Shown: piece after piece, positions 18,313 through 27,921 of the stretch | Layout of the letters: each line of letters starts with the position of its first letter | How positions within the stretch are numbered: position 1 is the stretch's first letter | Source: an uncultured Thermococci archaeon | GTDB lineage: Archaea > CAYQAE01 > CAYVLA01 | Length of the DNA: 52,412 nt | Assembly (NCBI GenBank): GCA_964549615.1 | Contig: CAZJVP010000036.1 | Span: 1 to 52,412 of the forward strand | Direction: 5' to 3' | Position numbers and translations under genes: made by a program | The notes under the pieces: generated by a model | The model's database searches: none | What the model was told of the DNA's origin: nothing | What the model saw: only the letters and a program-made list of their open reading frames with translations

Positions 18313-19697
18313 TTCAGAAGTCGACGGAGCCTCTTCCTCATATCGGATGCTTTCGCGCGCTCGTCACGGGCGAGATTCCGCAGCTCGTGTGGGTCCTCCT
18401 CCAGGTCATAGAGCTCGTCCTGGTCACCGTCGTGTTCGGCGAACTTGTACCGCCCGTCGAACAGCATGCGTGAATCAGCAAGTTCGCTCACCTGGCACTC
18501 CCGTGCGGCGTCCGCGTCCCCTTGGAGGATCGGAAGAAGGGACTGGCTCTCCAGGTCGCCGGGGCAGCCCAAGCCGGCCAAGTCCAGTATTGTGGGCGCG
18601 AGGTCTGAGAGCTGCACGAGCGCGTCGATCGGTCCCCTGTGCTTGATGCCCGGCCCCGCGATCAACAGCGGAATCCTCAGTGCCTGCTCGAAATACGTGG
18701 ACTTGGCGAACATGCCGTGGTCGCCCATCATCTCGCCGTGGTCCGAGGTGTAGATGATGACCGTGTCGTCGTAGAGTCCCCGCATCTTCAGGATATCCAC
18801 GAATCTTCCCATGTAGTCATCGATCAAGCTCACCATGCCCGAGTAGTGTACCATGGCGGAGGCGAGCCTCTCGGCGGTGAGGTCTCGGCTGTGCTCGTTC
18901 CGGCGGGCTCGGTAGACCTGCGGCTTGTCCTCCATCTCGTCCTGGATGGTTCGGCGCGTCGGCATATCACCGGGCCGGTATCTTGAGGAGTATTCCCTGG
19001 GGGCGTCCCACGGATTGTGCGGCCCCACGAAGCTCACGAAGTAGTGCCAAGGCGTTTCGTCGCTGACCCTTTCAAGGAAACGGCATGCGTTGCGCCCAAT
19101 GAAGTCGTCGTGGTAGGCGTGGAGCGGAAGGACCGAATCACCGCTTGACCAGATCGGACGGCGGCTTTCGCAGTCGTCGTGGAAGATCTTTGCCAGTCCA
19201 TTCTGAATGAGGTAGTGCGTGTATGGGCAAACGCCCTGCATTGCGTATCTTCCGGCACTCTGCTTTCCCTCCGTCTCCATGGGGTCGGTGAAGCCGAGGT
19301 GGTACATGATGGGCCGATCCCCGCGGATGCCCTCCCAGTGATCCCTCTTGTGAAGGTCGGTCTTGCCAACGCACCCGACCCGGTATCCCGCGGCCCTCAG
19401 GGCTTGATAGTAGGTCGGCACATCGATGGGGTAAAGGTCGCTGTTTGACAGCACCCCGACGGTGCTGCACTTGAGCCCGCTGGCAAGGGCGGACCGGCTT
19501 GGCGCGCATACCGGGGAGTCGCAAGACGCCATCCTGAAATACACGCCGCGACGGGCCAGCTCGTCGATGTTGGGCGTCCTGACCCAGTTCGCGCCGGAGC
19601 ACCCCAGCCAGTCGGCCCTATGCTGGTCGGACATGACCAAAAGGACGTTGGGACCCTCGCTCCGCACGACCCCCTGCTTGTTGTGCATCCTCTTCAT
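18309..19697 (-). CDS. Sulfatase (Cys-type, formylglycine-dependent)
   Basis: PNVLLVMSDQHR, CAPSR signature, VGKTDL, GPHNPW, SDHGEM.GDHG and ELYDL..DP.E. Start is approximate (19688-19751). Confidence 0.92.
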   Translation of the reverse strand: MKRMHNKQGVVRSEGPNVLLVMSDQHRADWLGCSGANWVRTPNIDELARRGVYFRMASCDSPVCAPSRSALASGLKCSTVGVLSNSDLYPIDVPTYYQALRAAGYRVGCVGKTDLHKRDHWEGIRGDRPIMYHLGFTDPMETEGKQSAGRYAMQGVCPYTHYLIQNGLAKIFHDDCESRRPIWSSGDSVLPLHAYHDDFIGRNACRFLERVSDETPWHYFVSFVGPHNPWDAPREYSSRYRPGDMPTRRTIQDEMEDKPQVYRARRNEHSRDLTAERLASAMVHYSGMVSLIDDYMGRFVDILKMRGLYDDTVIIYTSDHGEMMGDHGMFAKSTYFEQALRIPLLIAGPGIKHRGPIDALVQLSDLAPTILDLAGLGCPGDLESQSLLPILQGDADAARECQVSELADSRMLFDGRYKFAEHDGDQDELYDLEEDPHELRNLARDERAKASDMRKRLRRLLK

Positions 19698-19825
19698 CCG
19701 GATCCTCCGTACCGTCGAGAACTGGAAACGCGCGCTCATTGACGGTTCCATATTAATGGCTGTTGCACGGCCGGGCGGCGATTTCCGACGGAAAACCTTT
19801 ATTCCTGTCAGGTAGCGGGCAGCCT

Positions 19826-20758
19826 ATGCGCGTGATGATAATCGGGGGAACCCGATTTCTTGGTAGGGCCATCGTAGATGGTCTCCTTGCGAGGCATCAC
19901 GAGGTCATCGTGGCCCACAGGGGACGAACGCCCCTCAGGGCCAAGGGAGTCACAGAGGCGCTTGTGGACAAAGGCGACAGGAAGGCCTTCGGGGATCTGC
20001 TCTCAGGCGTGCGGTGCGATGCGGTGATCGACACGATCCTGAGCGCCGATGACCTCAGGTTCGCCATACCGATCCTGAGGGGGAGGATCAAGCACTTCAT
20101 ACACTGCGGATCGACCGGCGTCTACACGCCCATGAAATACATCCCGGCCAAGGAGGACGACCCATGCAATCCGCCTCCGGAGCTCGGCGGGTTTGGAACC
20201 AAGCTCGAACAAGACAACGTATTGATGGATGCATACCGGGAGCACGACTTCCCGGCGACATGCCTGCGGCCGACAAACATCTACGGCCCCGGCGACGTGC
20301 CGCTCGACATCTGGGGAGGACGCGACCCGAACCTGCACCGGCGCATCGCAAGAGGCGATGAGATAATCGTCCCCAACGACGGTAGGGCGCTCCTGCAGCC
20401 GGGATACGTTGAGGAGCTCGGCGAGGCATTCTGCCTCGCCCTCGGGAATGAAGAGTCCCTCGGCGAAATCTACAACATTTCAAGCGAGCGGTGCGTCACG
20501 CTGAATGAGTACCTGAGGATGATGATGGAGATAGTTGGATCCTCGTCCCACGTAACGCACATGCCCATGGAGGAGCTGATCGCAACGCACCGGGATTACT
20601 TCAAGTGGCCGGCGGGGCTTAAGTTCGTCTGCGAGCACATGTGCGTGGATATCCACAAGGCGATGGACCAGCTGGGCTTCTCGCCTGAGATCCCGCTGGA
20701 CGAGGGGCTGCGGCGCAACTTCGAGTGGATGAGGGACGAAGGGATCGTTAGGTACTGA
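19826..20758 (+). CDS. NAD-dependent epimerase/dehydratase
   Basis: IIGGTRFLG, STGVY, LRPTNIYGP and EIYNIS. TATA-like CTTTTATT lies about 25 bp upstream. Confidence 0.88.
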   Translation: MRVMIIGGTRFLGRAIVDGLLARHHEVIVAHRGRTPLRAKGVTEALVDKGDRKAFGDLLSGVRCDAVIDTILSADDLRFAIPILRGRIKHFIHCGSTGVYTPMKYIPAKEDDPCNPPPELGGFGTKLEQDNVLMDAYREHDFPATCLRPTNIYGPGDVPLDIWGGRDPNLHRRIARGDEIIVPNDGRALLQPGYVEELGEAFCLALGNEESLGEIYNISSERCVTLNEYLRMMMEIVGSSSHVTHMPMEELIATHRDYFKWPAGLKFVCEHMCVDIHKAMDQLGFSPEIPLDEGLRRNFEWMRDEGIVRY

Positions 20759-20774
20759 AATTGCCGGAGGAAAG

Positions 20775-21416
20775 CTAGACAGCGTCGGGGGACCTTCTCC
20801 CGTTGACGAGGACTTCCCTCAGCGTCTCCATGTTGAACTCGGTGTTCGCACAGCCGTTGCGCAGCAGCGGGACGGCCTGGTAGGGTATCGCTTTCCCGTA
20901 CTGGCGGATGCCCATTTGTATCTCGTTCGGACAGGCCACGCCAACGACGCCGTTGTAGAGCCTCTTCGCAAGAACCTTTGGGATGCATGAGCCGCCGGGG
21001 AGTACGTAGACGTCGTATCCCTCCTCCTCGCCCATCCGAACGGCCTTGTTGATCATGCAGTCCTCCGAGCAGTGCTTACACGTGTATGTTGACAGCTCAG
21101 GGTTAAACTCGGCTTTGCACCTGTGGTCCATGTACTTCCTGGAGCAGTGAGGAAGGACGAGGGCACGCTTGGTCGATCTCCTGAAGCTCTCCTGCTGGGC
21201 AAGGTTTCGCGCGTAGATGTCGATCATGTCGTTGATGAGGGTGACCGCGTCGCTCAACGGCAGTCCGGTGACCTCCTGGATGTTGAAGGCCTTGATGACG
21301 TGCTCGGCCATCGCTCCGAGCTTGCGGTGAAGGTCCCTCTGGTCGGAGATCCTAGCCATCTCCCTGAAGAAAGACCGCGACAATCCGGTCAGGTCAAACG
21401 AGAACTTGTACGCCAT
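20775..21416 (-). CDS. DUF116 family protein
   Basis: LPHC, C.HCS.DC, VYVLPGGS, GVAC..E and PL...GC.NT. Confidence 0.85.
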   Translation of the reverse strand: MAYKFSFDLTGLSRSFFREMARISDQRDLHRKLGAMAEHVIKAFNIQEVTGLPLSDAVTLINDMIDIYARNLAQQESFRRSTKRALVLPHCSRKYMDHRCKAEFNPELSTYTCKHCSEDCMINKAVRMGEEEGYDVYVLPGGSCIPKVLAKRLYNGVVGVACPNEIQMGIRQYGKAIPYQAVPLLRNGCANTEFNMETLREVLVNGRRSPDAV

Positions 21417-21631
21417 CTGTAGAACTCCAGCGAACAACCCGGCGGAAGTCTTGTCTGCTCGGCTTGGAAGCGCCCATGATTTAAGTCTCTCTCATTTTGA
21501 GGCGGGAAGCTTCGCGACCCTGGCAGATGCTATCCGAGACTAGGCGGGGGCAAAGGATAGGGAAGGCCGCCGGTCAAGCCTTGCCCACGCAAAAGATATC
21601 TGCGACGGGACGAGCCACAAAATGGTCAAAC

Positions 21632-21982
21632 ATGGTAGTGTACAAGAACCCCAAGCCGAACAGACATACGGCGGAGATGCCGGTCGAGAAGCATTTCCAC
21701 GACCACGACGAGACGTGGGTGATAATGGGAGGCAAGGCGAAGGCCTTCATGGTCGACAGGGTAGGGAGAAGATCCGAGTTCATCCTAGAGAAGGGCGACA
21801 TATGGATGGTCGAGGCCGGCGTGGAGCACGGATGCGACCCGATAGGCGAGGTTCTCATCTTCCCATTCCCCGGCACCATACCTGAGGGCTCCCACAAGCC
21901 AGGCCACTACTACATGGAGAAGGAGGGTTACATGCCCACTCTGGTCGTGAGGAAGGATCCGTGTAACCGCTACAAGAGGTGA
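21632..21982 (+). CDS. Cupin domain protein
   Basis: HFHDHDETW and GDIW....GVEH. Confidence 0.85.
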   Translation: MVVYKNPKPNRHTAEMPVEKHFHDHDETWVIMGGKAKAFMVDRVGRRSEFILEKGDIWMVEAGVEHGCDPIGEVLIFPFPGTIPEGSHKPGHYYMEKEGYMPTLVVRKDPCNRYKR

Positions 21983-21989
21983 AAGCCGG

Positions 21990-22964
21990 ATGCGGACCCT
22001 TGGCATAGAGTATCCGTCGGCCGGCACGGTGCGCTTGATCGACATCGGCCAGCCCCCGGAGCCCGGCCCCAACGAGGTCCTGATAGAAACGGTCTACAGC
22101 GGCATAACGAACGGCACGGAGCGGCACGCGCTTCTGGGCGAGCACGGATGGAAGGGCGCTTTTCCAGGAAGGCACGGCTATCAGCACGTGGGGATCATCG
22201 CGCGCGCCGGGGAGCTGGTCAAAGGATTCCATGTCGGCGACTGGGTATTCTACGGACGCTACGTGGGGCACCGCGGGTGGAACATCCAGGAGATGTCCCG
22301 AAGCGACCCGCAGGCCAACGACTCTCACTTGGTCATCGCGCTGCCCCCAGGCATCGACCGGGAGCTATGCGCGCTCTTCGGGGTTGCGGGCGTCGCGTTG
22401 CGGGCGGTCAGGCGCCTTCGCGTCGACGCCACCCAAAAGGTCTGGGTCGTGGGCGCAGGGCCTGTCGGGCTGTTCGCGGCACAGGCCGCGCGTGCTTTCG
22501 GGGCTGAGGTAACGGTGACCGATCTCATCCCACGAAGACTGGCCGTTGCAAGGGAACTCGGTGCCCACATCGTCATAGACGCCTCCGCCCCCGACGCCCC
22601 CGCGGCGCTGAAGGAGGGCGGTCCCTACGATCGCATAATCGACGCAAGCGGGGCGGTCGGGCTCCTTGAAGACATCAGGCGCCTCGGCGTCCTGGCACAC
22701 GGGGGAGCGATCGGCCTGATTGCGGTGCGTTCCGACACGACTTTCCAGTGGTCCATGTTGCACGGGACGGAGGCCTCGATCGAGGTGTCCTGTCACTTCG
22801 GCTTGGGCGACCTCGCGCTCTTGATCGACCTGGTCAGGCGCGGCGTGATCAGCATCGCCCCGATGATCTCCCACAGGGAGCCCATTCAGAGGGCCCCGGA
22901 GATATACGCCACCCTCAGGGATAGACCTTCCGAGCTTCTGGGCGTGATCTTTGACTGGAGATGA
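21990..22964 (+). CDS. Zinc-binding (MDR) alcohol/sugar dehydrogenase
   Basis: SGIT.GTE, FPG..GY..VG, VVGAGPVG and IIDASG. Confidence 0.88.
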   Translation: MRTLGIEYPSAGTVRLIDIGQPPEPGPNEVLIETVYSGITNGTERHALLGEHGWKGAFPGRHGYQHVGIIARAGELVKGFHVGDWVFYGRYVGHRGWNIQEMSRSDPQANDSHLVIALPPGIDRELCALFGVAGVALRAVRRLRVDATQKVWVVGAGPVGLFAAQAARAFGAEVTVTDLIPRRLAVARELGAHIVIDASAPDAPAALKEGGPYDRIIDASGAVGLLEDIRRLGVLAHGGAIGLIAVRSDTTFQWSMLHGTEASIEVSCHFGLGDLALLIDLVRRGVISIAPMISHREPIQRAPEIYATLRDRPSELLGVIFDWR

Positions 22965-23071
22965 TGCGTAAAGGGCACCTCCCGTGCGGCGGTGGGCGGC
23001 CAACGGGCGCGCGCGGCATGGGCCCCGAAGCTTTATCAAGTCCGCTGCGACATATGCACTTGGGGTGTGGG

Positions 23072-24298
23072 ATGAGGCGCGCGTGTCCATGTTGGGCGGC
23101 GCTGGTCCTGATCGTTCTGCCATGCGCCCTCGCTGCGACGGGCATTGATCCTCGCAAGGTGTCCGTGCTCTATACCGGCGACCCCTACCCAGGGATCACC
23201 CCGTACCTTTCCATGAAGGAGGACGCTTTCATCTCGGTTACGCCCGTCCAGGCGTCGTCGATGCACTACGCAGGGATCACGTCAGAAGACATAAGGAAGG
23301 CGATGCGAATCTACATGGCACGCAGCTACGACGACTACGTCAACAAGTACGACGTCATGATACTGAGCGACTCCAACAGGGGCGTCTTCACATCGGGCCA
23401 GATATTCTGGTTCAGGGACGGTGTCTTGGACCACGGGATAGGGCTCCTGATGGTGGGCGGGTATGAGAGCTTCGGAGGAGGATTCAACCATCCCAGCTGG
23501 GCAGGCTCCCCGGTTGAGGAGGTGCTTCCCGTTCTGGTACCCCAAGGCCTGGTTACCTGGGTCAGCGGTAACGTGAGGATCGAGCCCGTCAAGTACGATA
23601 ACCCCTTCATGGCCAGCCTTCCTTTCAGGCCGACCCCCGAGTACATGAGGATAGGGACGGACGGCAACTTCGTCATACAGAAGGAAGGATCCGAGCTTCT
23701 CGCCCGGTGGATATCGACCACCTACAACGATCCCCCGTGCTACGTCACCTGGGAGGTTGGCAAGGGCAGAACCTTCGCCATGATGCACGACTGGACTCCC
23801 GGGGGTGGCTACTGGATGTCTAGGTGGGACTACTACCGCGACTTCGCAGTCAACCTCATGCTCTACTTGGCGGGGCGCCAGCTTCCAACCGATTATCTCG
23901 TCGTCCACGAATACAGATCTGCCATACATTCGATATCGGTGAGCAAAGGGCTGCTGATGTCGCTCATCGATTTCGTGGACAGCTTCGGTGGGAATCCTAG
24001 GGAGATCGACAGCCAGATCATCGTGCTCAACGCGATGGTCGCGGAGTCGCAGGAGTACTACCTCGACCACCGGTTCGAGGAAGCCCTCGAGAGGGCGCAG
24101 CTCGCCATCGAGAAGGTGAAGGAGATAGAGCAACTGTCGGTGAGGATAAAGAACCAGGCCCTGCTGTGGGTTTACGTGGTGGAGTGGCTGAGCGTCACCG
24201 GCGTCAGCCTCCTTGCGGGCGTCGTCGTGTGGTCGCTGATGGTGCGGCGGAGGCTGTACAGAGAGGTAAGGGTCACGCGGCTGAAGGAAGTCATGTAG
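23072..24298 (+). CDS. Membrane-anchored class I glutamine amidotransferase-like (DUF1355-like) protein, paralog 1
   Basis: Signal peptide, YDVMILSD, GLLMVGGYESFG, EEVLPV and W.VGKGRT, then a helical stalk, TM and LMVRRRLY tail. Confidence 0.75.
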   Translation: MRRACPCWAALVLIVLPCALAATGIDPRKVSVLYTGDPYPGITPYLSMKEDAFISVTPVQASSMHYAGITSEDIRKAMRIYMARSYDDYVNKYDVMILSDSNRGVFTSGQIFWFRDGVLDHGIGLLMVGGYESFGGGFNHPSWAGSPVEEVLPVLVPQGLVTWVSGNVRIEPVKYDNPFMASLPFRPTPEYMRIGTDGNFVIQKEGSELLARWISTTYNDPPCYVTWEVGKGRTFAMMHDWTPGGGYWMSRWDYYRDFAVNLMLYLAGRQLPTDYLVVHEYRSAIHSISVSKGLLMSLIDFVDSFGGNPREIDSQIIVLNAMVAESQEYYLDHRFEEALERAQLAIEKVKEIEQLSVRIKNQALLWVYVVEWLSVTGVSLLAGVVVWSLMVRRRLYREVRVTRLKEVM

Positions 24299-24475
24299 GG
24301 CCTCTCCCTGGCCGTCGATGCTTCAACCGCTGGTGATCGATCCCATTCAAGCTGTGGACACGATTGCCGCGACGCACGGTCGGCGAAACTGGGACGCGCC
24401 AGCCTTCGAAAAACTTATGAGGTCGGAGGAGGCCCCGTTCGGAGGGAGAGCTGCCTGCAGCAAAAGGCCGCGGTC

Positions 24476-25432
24476 ATGGCATTGGCCGTCTTGGGTCTAC
24501 TGACCCTGCGCATCGTGCGGGCCGGCTCGGAAAGCGCGCCGGTGATCCTCATCTATTCTCCCGGCGCCCCGCTCTACGCCCAAGAGCTAGGACGCCTGAT
24601 TGAGGAGGACGGACGGATCGAGGCCGATATCCGGATCGTGCATTCGTCGGACGTGTTCAGCGTGATGCTCCACTACCCCACCGTTAAGCTCGCCATCGTG
24701 GCCCTGTACGTCAGCGCGAATCAGAACATAGGATCCGCCCTGGACCGCTTCTTCTCCAGAGGCGGTGCGCTCATCGGACTTGGTTTCGCAGGGTCCGTCC
24801 AGGCAACCGGCCGCGCGGCGGAGACGGTTTTCCCCATCTTCGGCAACCACTACATCGCGGGCGTTTTCGATACGGCATCGAGAAGCTTTCGCATGAGCCA
24901 CCTCAAGGTTCAGGAAGACGAGATATCAGATGGCTTGGGCAACTTCACGGTGCCCGACCAGAAGCTCGTCCTCAGCGTGGATCCCGTAACCAAGGCGTAC
25001 TTGCCGAGGACGCCGCCGGAGGGCGAGTACAAGGTCCTCTATAGGGAGCTGTCGAGCGGCGCGCCCTCGGTCGTGAGGTATCATAACCGCGGAGCCTCGG
25101 TCACGTTTGCATGCTTCGCCGGCGACGACACCGAGAAAGGATTCAGCTACTTCGGCCGGTTCACCTCGACCCCTGAGTTCAGAACCCTCTTCACCAATGC
25201 CGTCTACTGGGCATGGAATAACGAGAAAAGGTACGAGGCGGCAATGTCCTGGTCCTCTGGGCACGCACAACGTCTTCGGGAGATTGAGGATGCGGCGGAA
25301 AGGGCACGGGAGCGCAGAAGGAGGCGCGAGTACGGAAGGATCCTACAGGTAGCTTTGACGGCCATCCTCAGCGCCGCCGCTGCCATCGGCGTCTACTGGG
25401 CGACCTTTGTGAAGACGCAGAGGATGAAGTGA
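24476..25432 (+). CDS. Membrane-anchored GATase/ThuA-like protein
   Basis: Signal peptide, FF.RGGALIGLG and FRTLFTNAVYWA, then a charged helix and C-terminal TM. Confidence 0.65.
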   Translation: MALAVLGLLTLRIVRAGSESAPVILIYSPGAPLYAQELGRLIEEDGRIEADIRIVHSSDVFSVMLHYPTVKLAIVALYVSANQNIGSALDRFFSRGGALIGLGFAGSVQATGRAAETVFPIFGNHYIAGVFDTASRSFRMSHLKVQEDEISDGLGNFTVPDQKLVLSVDPVTKAYLPRTPPEGEYKVLYRELSSGAPSVVRYHNRGASVTFACFAGDDTEKGFSYFGRFTSTPEFRTLFTNAVYWAWNNEKRYEAAMSWSSGHAQRLREIEDAAERARERRRRREYGRILQVALTAILSAAAAIGVYWATFVKTQRMK

Positions 25433-25487
25433 GCGGCCAAGTGCCGCATCCCACGCACCCTAGCCCTGCTGGGGGAAAAGGACCAGA

Positions 25488-26990
25488 TTAGGGCTCTAGG
25501 AACTTCCCTTTCTTCGTGCAGAAGTGTCTGGAACCTTTCACGGCGTAGCTCCGGCACCTGTAGCAGAGGTCGGGATCGAAGGTTCCGCGGCACGCCAGGC
25601 TGGGATCGAGCGGCTTTCGGACAGGGGCGTGGACTGCGGCCCTCCGTTTCTGGGCCATCCTAGCGTATGCCCCGATGATTATCGCGACAACGACGCAGAG
25701 CGCCACGCCAAGGAGTGCGCCTCCGTACCTGCTACGGCCCATCGACCTGATGTCGGAGGCGGTCAGCCCGGTTATTATGATTGGCCTTTCCGATAGCAAG
25801 AGCTCGATTTGCCTTGAGTCCTCTCCAAGGTGGATCGCACCGCCGACTATGTCCTGCGCTGCAAGCTGGCGGGCTCTGGATTTCAGCCTCATCCTGATCT
25901 GGCGGGTTCCGTTCGCCACCCATATGAAAAGGATCTTTTCGTCACCCTTCCGGAAGGTGTGGCACTCTACCCCTTTGATCCTCACCCTTGAATCGTACTG
26001 CGCCCCATCAAGCAAACGCGCGAGGTTTGCATGGGCGATGAAGGCGGGCCTCCGGGTGAAGTCGTGGTCCAACAGTCCGGATCCCTCCTCGAGCGGCGAT
26101 CCCCTGAAGTTGAACCACAGCAGCCTGTCCACGCCTTCCGCAAGGGAAAGCACATAAGCCCTGACGAGGAAGTTGGCTTGGTCCTCCCTGGTGATCTTGG
26201 GCCCGATCCCCCATGCCAGCTCCGTGAACCAGATGTCCTTGTCGGCGTCGCCGTTCTCGGACATGATTTGCTTGAGTTCCTTCATCTTTTCCGAGAAGTT
26301 GAACTGGTCGAAGCAGAGCTCCTCCCCCACGTAGGGGTGGAAAGCCATCGCATCGAAGTATCTTGAGGCGCCATACGAGTAGACCTGTCTGATCCAGTTG
26401 AAGTTGAACCCGATGAAGCCCCCGATCAGGACCGTGCATTCGGGGTCTGCCTTCTTGGCAGCAAGATAGGCCTCCCTCAGGAGCTTCGCGTATCCCAGCG
26501 GATCGGGCTCGGGCAGCCAGAAGTCGTCTATGTTCGGCTCGTTCCAGACTTCCCAGTGGCTGACCCTTCCCTTGAAGTGATCGACGGTCTTGTAGACGTA
26601 TTCCCTCCAATCCTCGAGGTTCTTCGGCGGAGCCCGGTCGCGACCGTCGGTCCATGTCGTCGGGGCGGAAGAGGCCCATTCAGCCGAGTAGTCTAGGATG
26701 CCCAAGACGCGCACGCCGGCCCCGGTGGCTTCCTCGACAACCTGATCGTACTGGTCGAAGGTGAATGTGCCGTTCTCGGGCTCGATCGCGTTCCAGGTGA
26801 AGTCCTGCCGGTGCCAGAGGAGGCCGCCCTCCACCATGATTGAGAAGTTGTGTCCGTGGTTTACGCCGAAGGGCCACTTGTCGGCCTTCTCGAGCCGCGG
26901 GTCCATGGAGGACGCAGAGGCTGACAAGAGGGCGCATCCCGCAATCGCCAGGACTTTGAGGAGATTTTGAACGCCGAATCGCTTCGTCAT
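25488..26990 (-). CDS. Membrane-anchored clan GH-A glycoside hydrolase (GH39/GH5-like) with Cys-rich cytoplasmic tail
   Basis: Signal peptide, R.DF.W..IEP..G, WEVWNEPN, FHPY and IWFTELAWG, then a TM and C-x7-C-x2-C-x11-C. Confidence 0.85.
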   Translation of the reverse strand: MTKRFGVQNLLKVLAIAGCALLSASASSMDPRLEKADKWPFGVNHGHNFSIMVEGGLLWHRQDFTWNAIEPENGTFTFDQYDQVVEEATGAGVRVLGILDYSAEWASSAPTTWTDGRDRAPPKNLEDWREYVYKTVDHFKGRVSHWEVWNEPNIDDFWLPEPDPLGYAKLLREAYLAAKKADPECTVLIGGFIGFNFNWIRQVYSYGASRYFDAMAFHPYVGEELCFDQFNFSEKMKELKQIMSENGDADKDIWFTELAWGIGPKITREDQANFLVRAYVLSLAEGVDRLLWFNFRGSPLEEGSGLLDHDFTRRPAFIAHANLARLLDGAQYDSRVRIKGVECHTFRKGDEKILFIWVANGTRQIRMRLKSRARQLAAQDIVGGAIHLGEDSRQIELLLSERPIIITGLTASDIRSMGRSRYGGALLGVALCVVVAIIIGAYARMAQKRRAAVHAPVRKPLDPSLACRGTFDPDLCYRCRSYAVKGSRHFCTKKGKFLEP

Positions 26991-27080
26991 AGTGACCGCG
27001 ATGCCTGCGGAAAGCCGCGCGTTGCTGCCCGGCTCGAACATGGAAAGCCGGGCATCGTTGTTTTTGGGCCCATCCTCCCC

Positions 27081-27920
27081 TCAACCGAGGTTTCTGATGA
27101 ACGTTGGCTGTAGACCTAGGTCAAGCACCTCCCCGTCCGCCATCACCTCGATCCGGAGCAGGAATCGGTCGCCGAGCAGCGCGTTCTTCGTCTCCGCCGT
27201 TGATGCCTTGATGTTCGGCCTCCACCTGAGAGTGATCGATATGACGTCTCCCGGCGATAGGTCCCTGAAGCGAACGAGCCCACCTTCCGGCCTCTCGCGG
27301 ATGGTCCTGCGACCGCTGCCGGCCTCGGAGAAGTACTCGGTGATGTTCTGGTTGCATTCGATGCCTATGAACTCCAGCGTCTCCTCCGCCCTGTAGAAGA
27401 AATCCTCCATCCCCTTGTAGAACCCCACCAGGTGACGGGTGGAGTTGAGGAAGAAGTCGTAGACCAGGTATGCGCCGCTTTGGACTATTCCGCCGCTGGA
27501 GGCATCGAAATCGAAGGTGAGCAGGGTGAGCTCCCGGCCAGCCAGATCGATGGTCTGGTTCAGGATCCTCGGAGTTGCCTCGTACTGCGAGAAGAGCTCG
27601 CTGAGGTTGCTCAACGGGGGCATCCGAAGGAGATCGGCCGGATCGTCGAAGCGAACCCCGAGCTGATCCATCGAATGGGATGAGTTGATGGTCGATATGA
27701 AGCGGATGTCTAGCAGCCCTATGGGCTGCTGGCAGACGAGGGACATCGTCATGGACGGAGAATCCTCCCTCACGCCGAAGAGGCTATCAGGGATCCTAAG
27801 CAACGTCAAACGAACGGGTTCTTCTTGGGACGGCCGCGTCGCCCGCAGATAGACGATAGCCGTTGAGGCTATCATCGCAATCAGCGCGATCCCTATGTAC
27901 TGGGTCCGGATGGGCGGCAA
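27081..27920 (-). CDS. N-anchored hypothetical protein, paralog of 12894-13634
   Basis: TTG lies 1 nt after the upstream TAG; N-terminal TM and shared motifs with 12894-13634. Confidence 0.7.
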   Translation of the reverse strand: MPPIRTQYIGIALIAMIASTAIVYLRATRPSQEEPVRLTLLRIPDSLFGVREDSPSMTMSLVCQQPIGLLDIRFISTINSSHSMDQLGVRFDDPADLLRMPPLSNLSELFSQYEATPRILNQTIDLAGRELTLLTFDFDASSGGIVQSGAYLVYDFFLNSTRHLVGFYKGMEDFFYRAEETLEFIGIECNQNITEYFSEAGSGRRTIRERPEGGLVRFRDLSPGDVISITLRWRPNIKASTAETKNALLGDRFLLRIEVMADGEVLDLGLQPTFIRNLG

Positions 27921-27921
27921 G

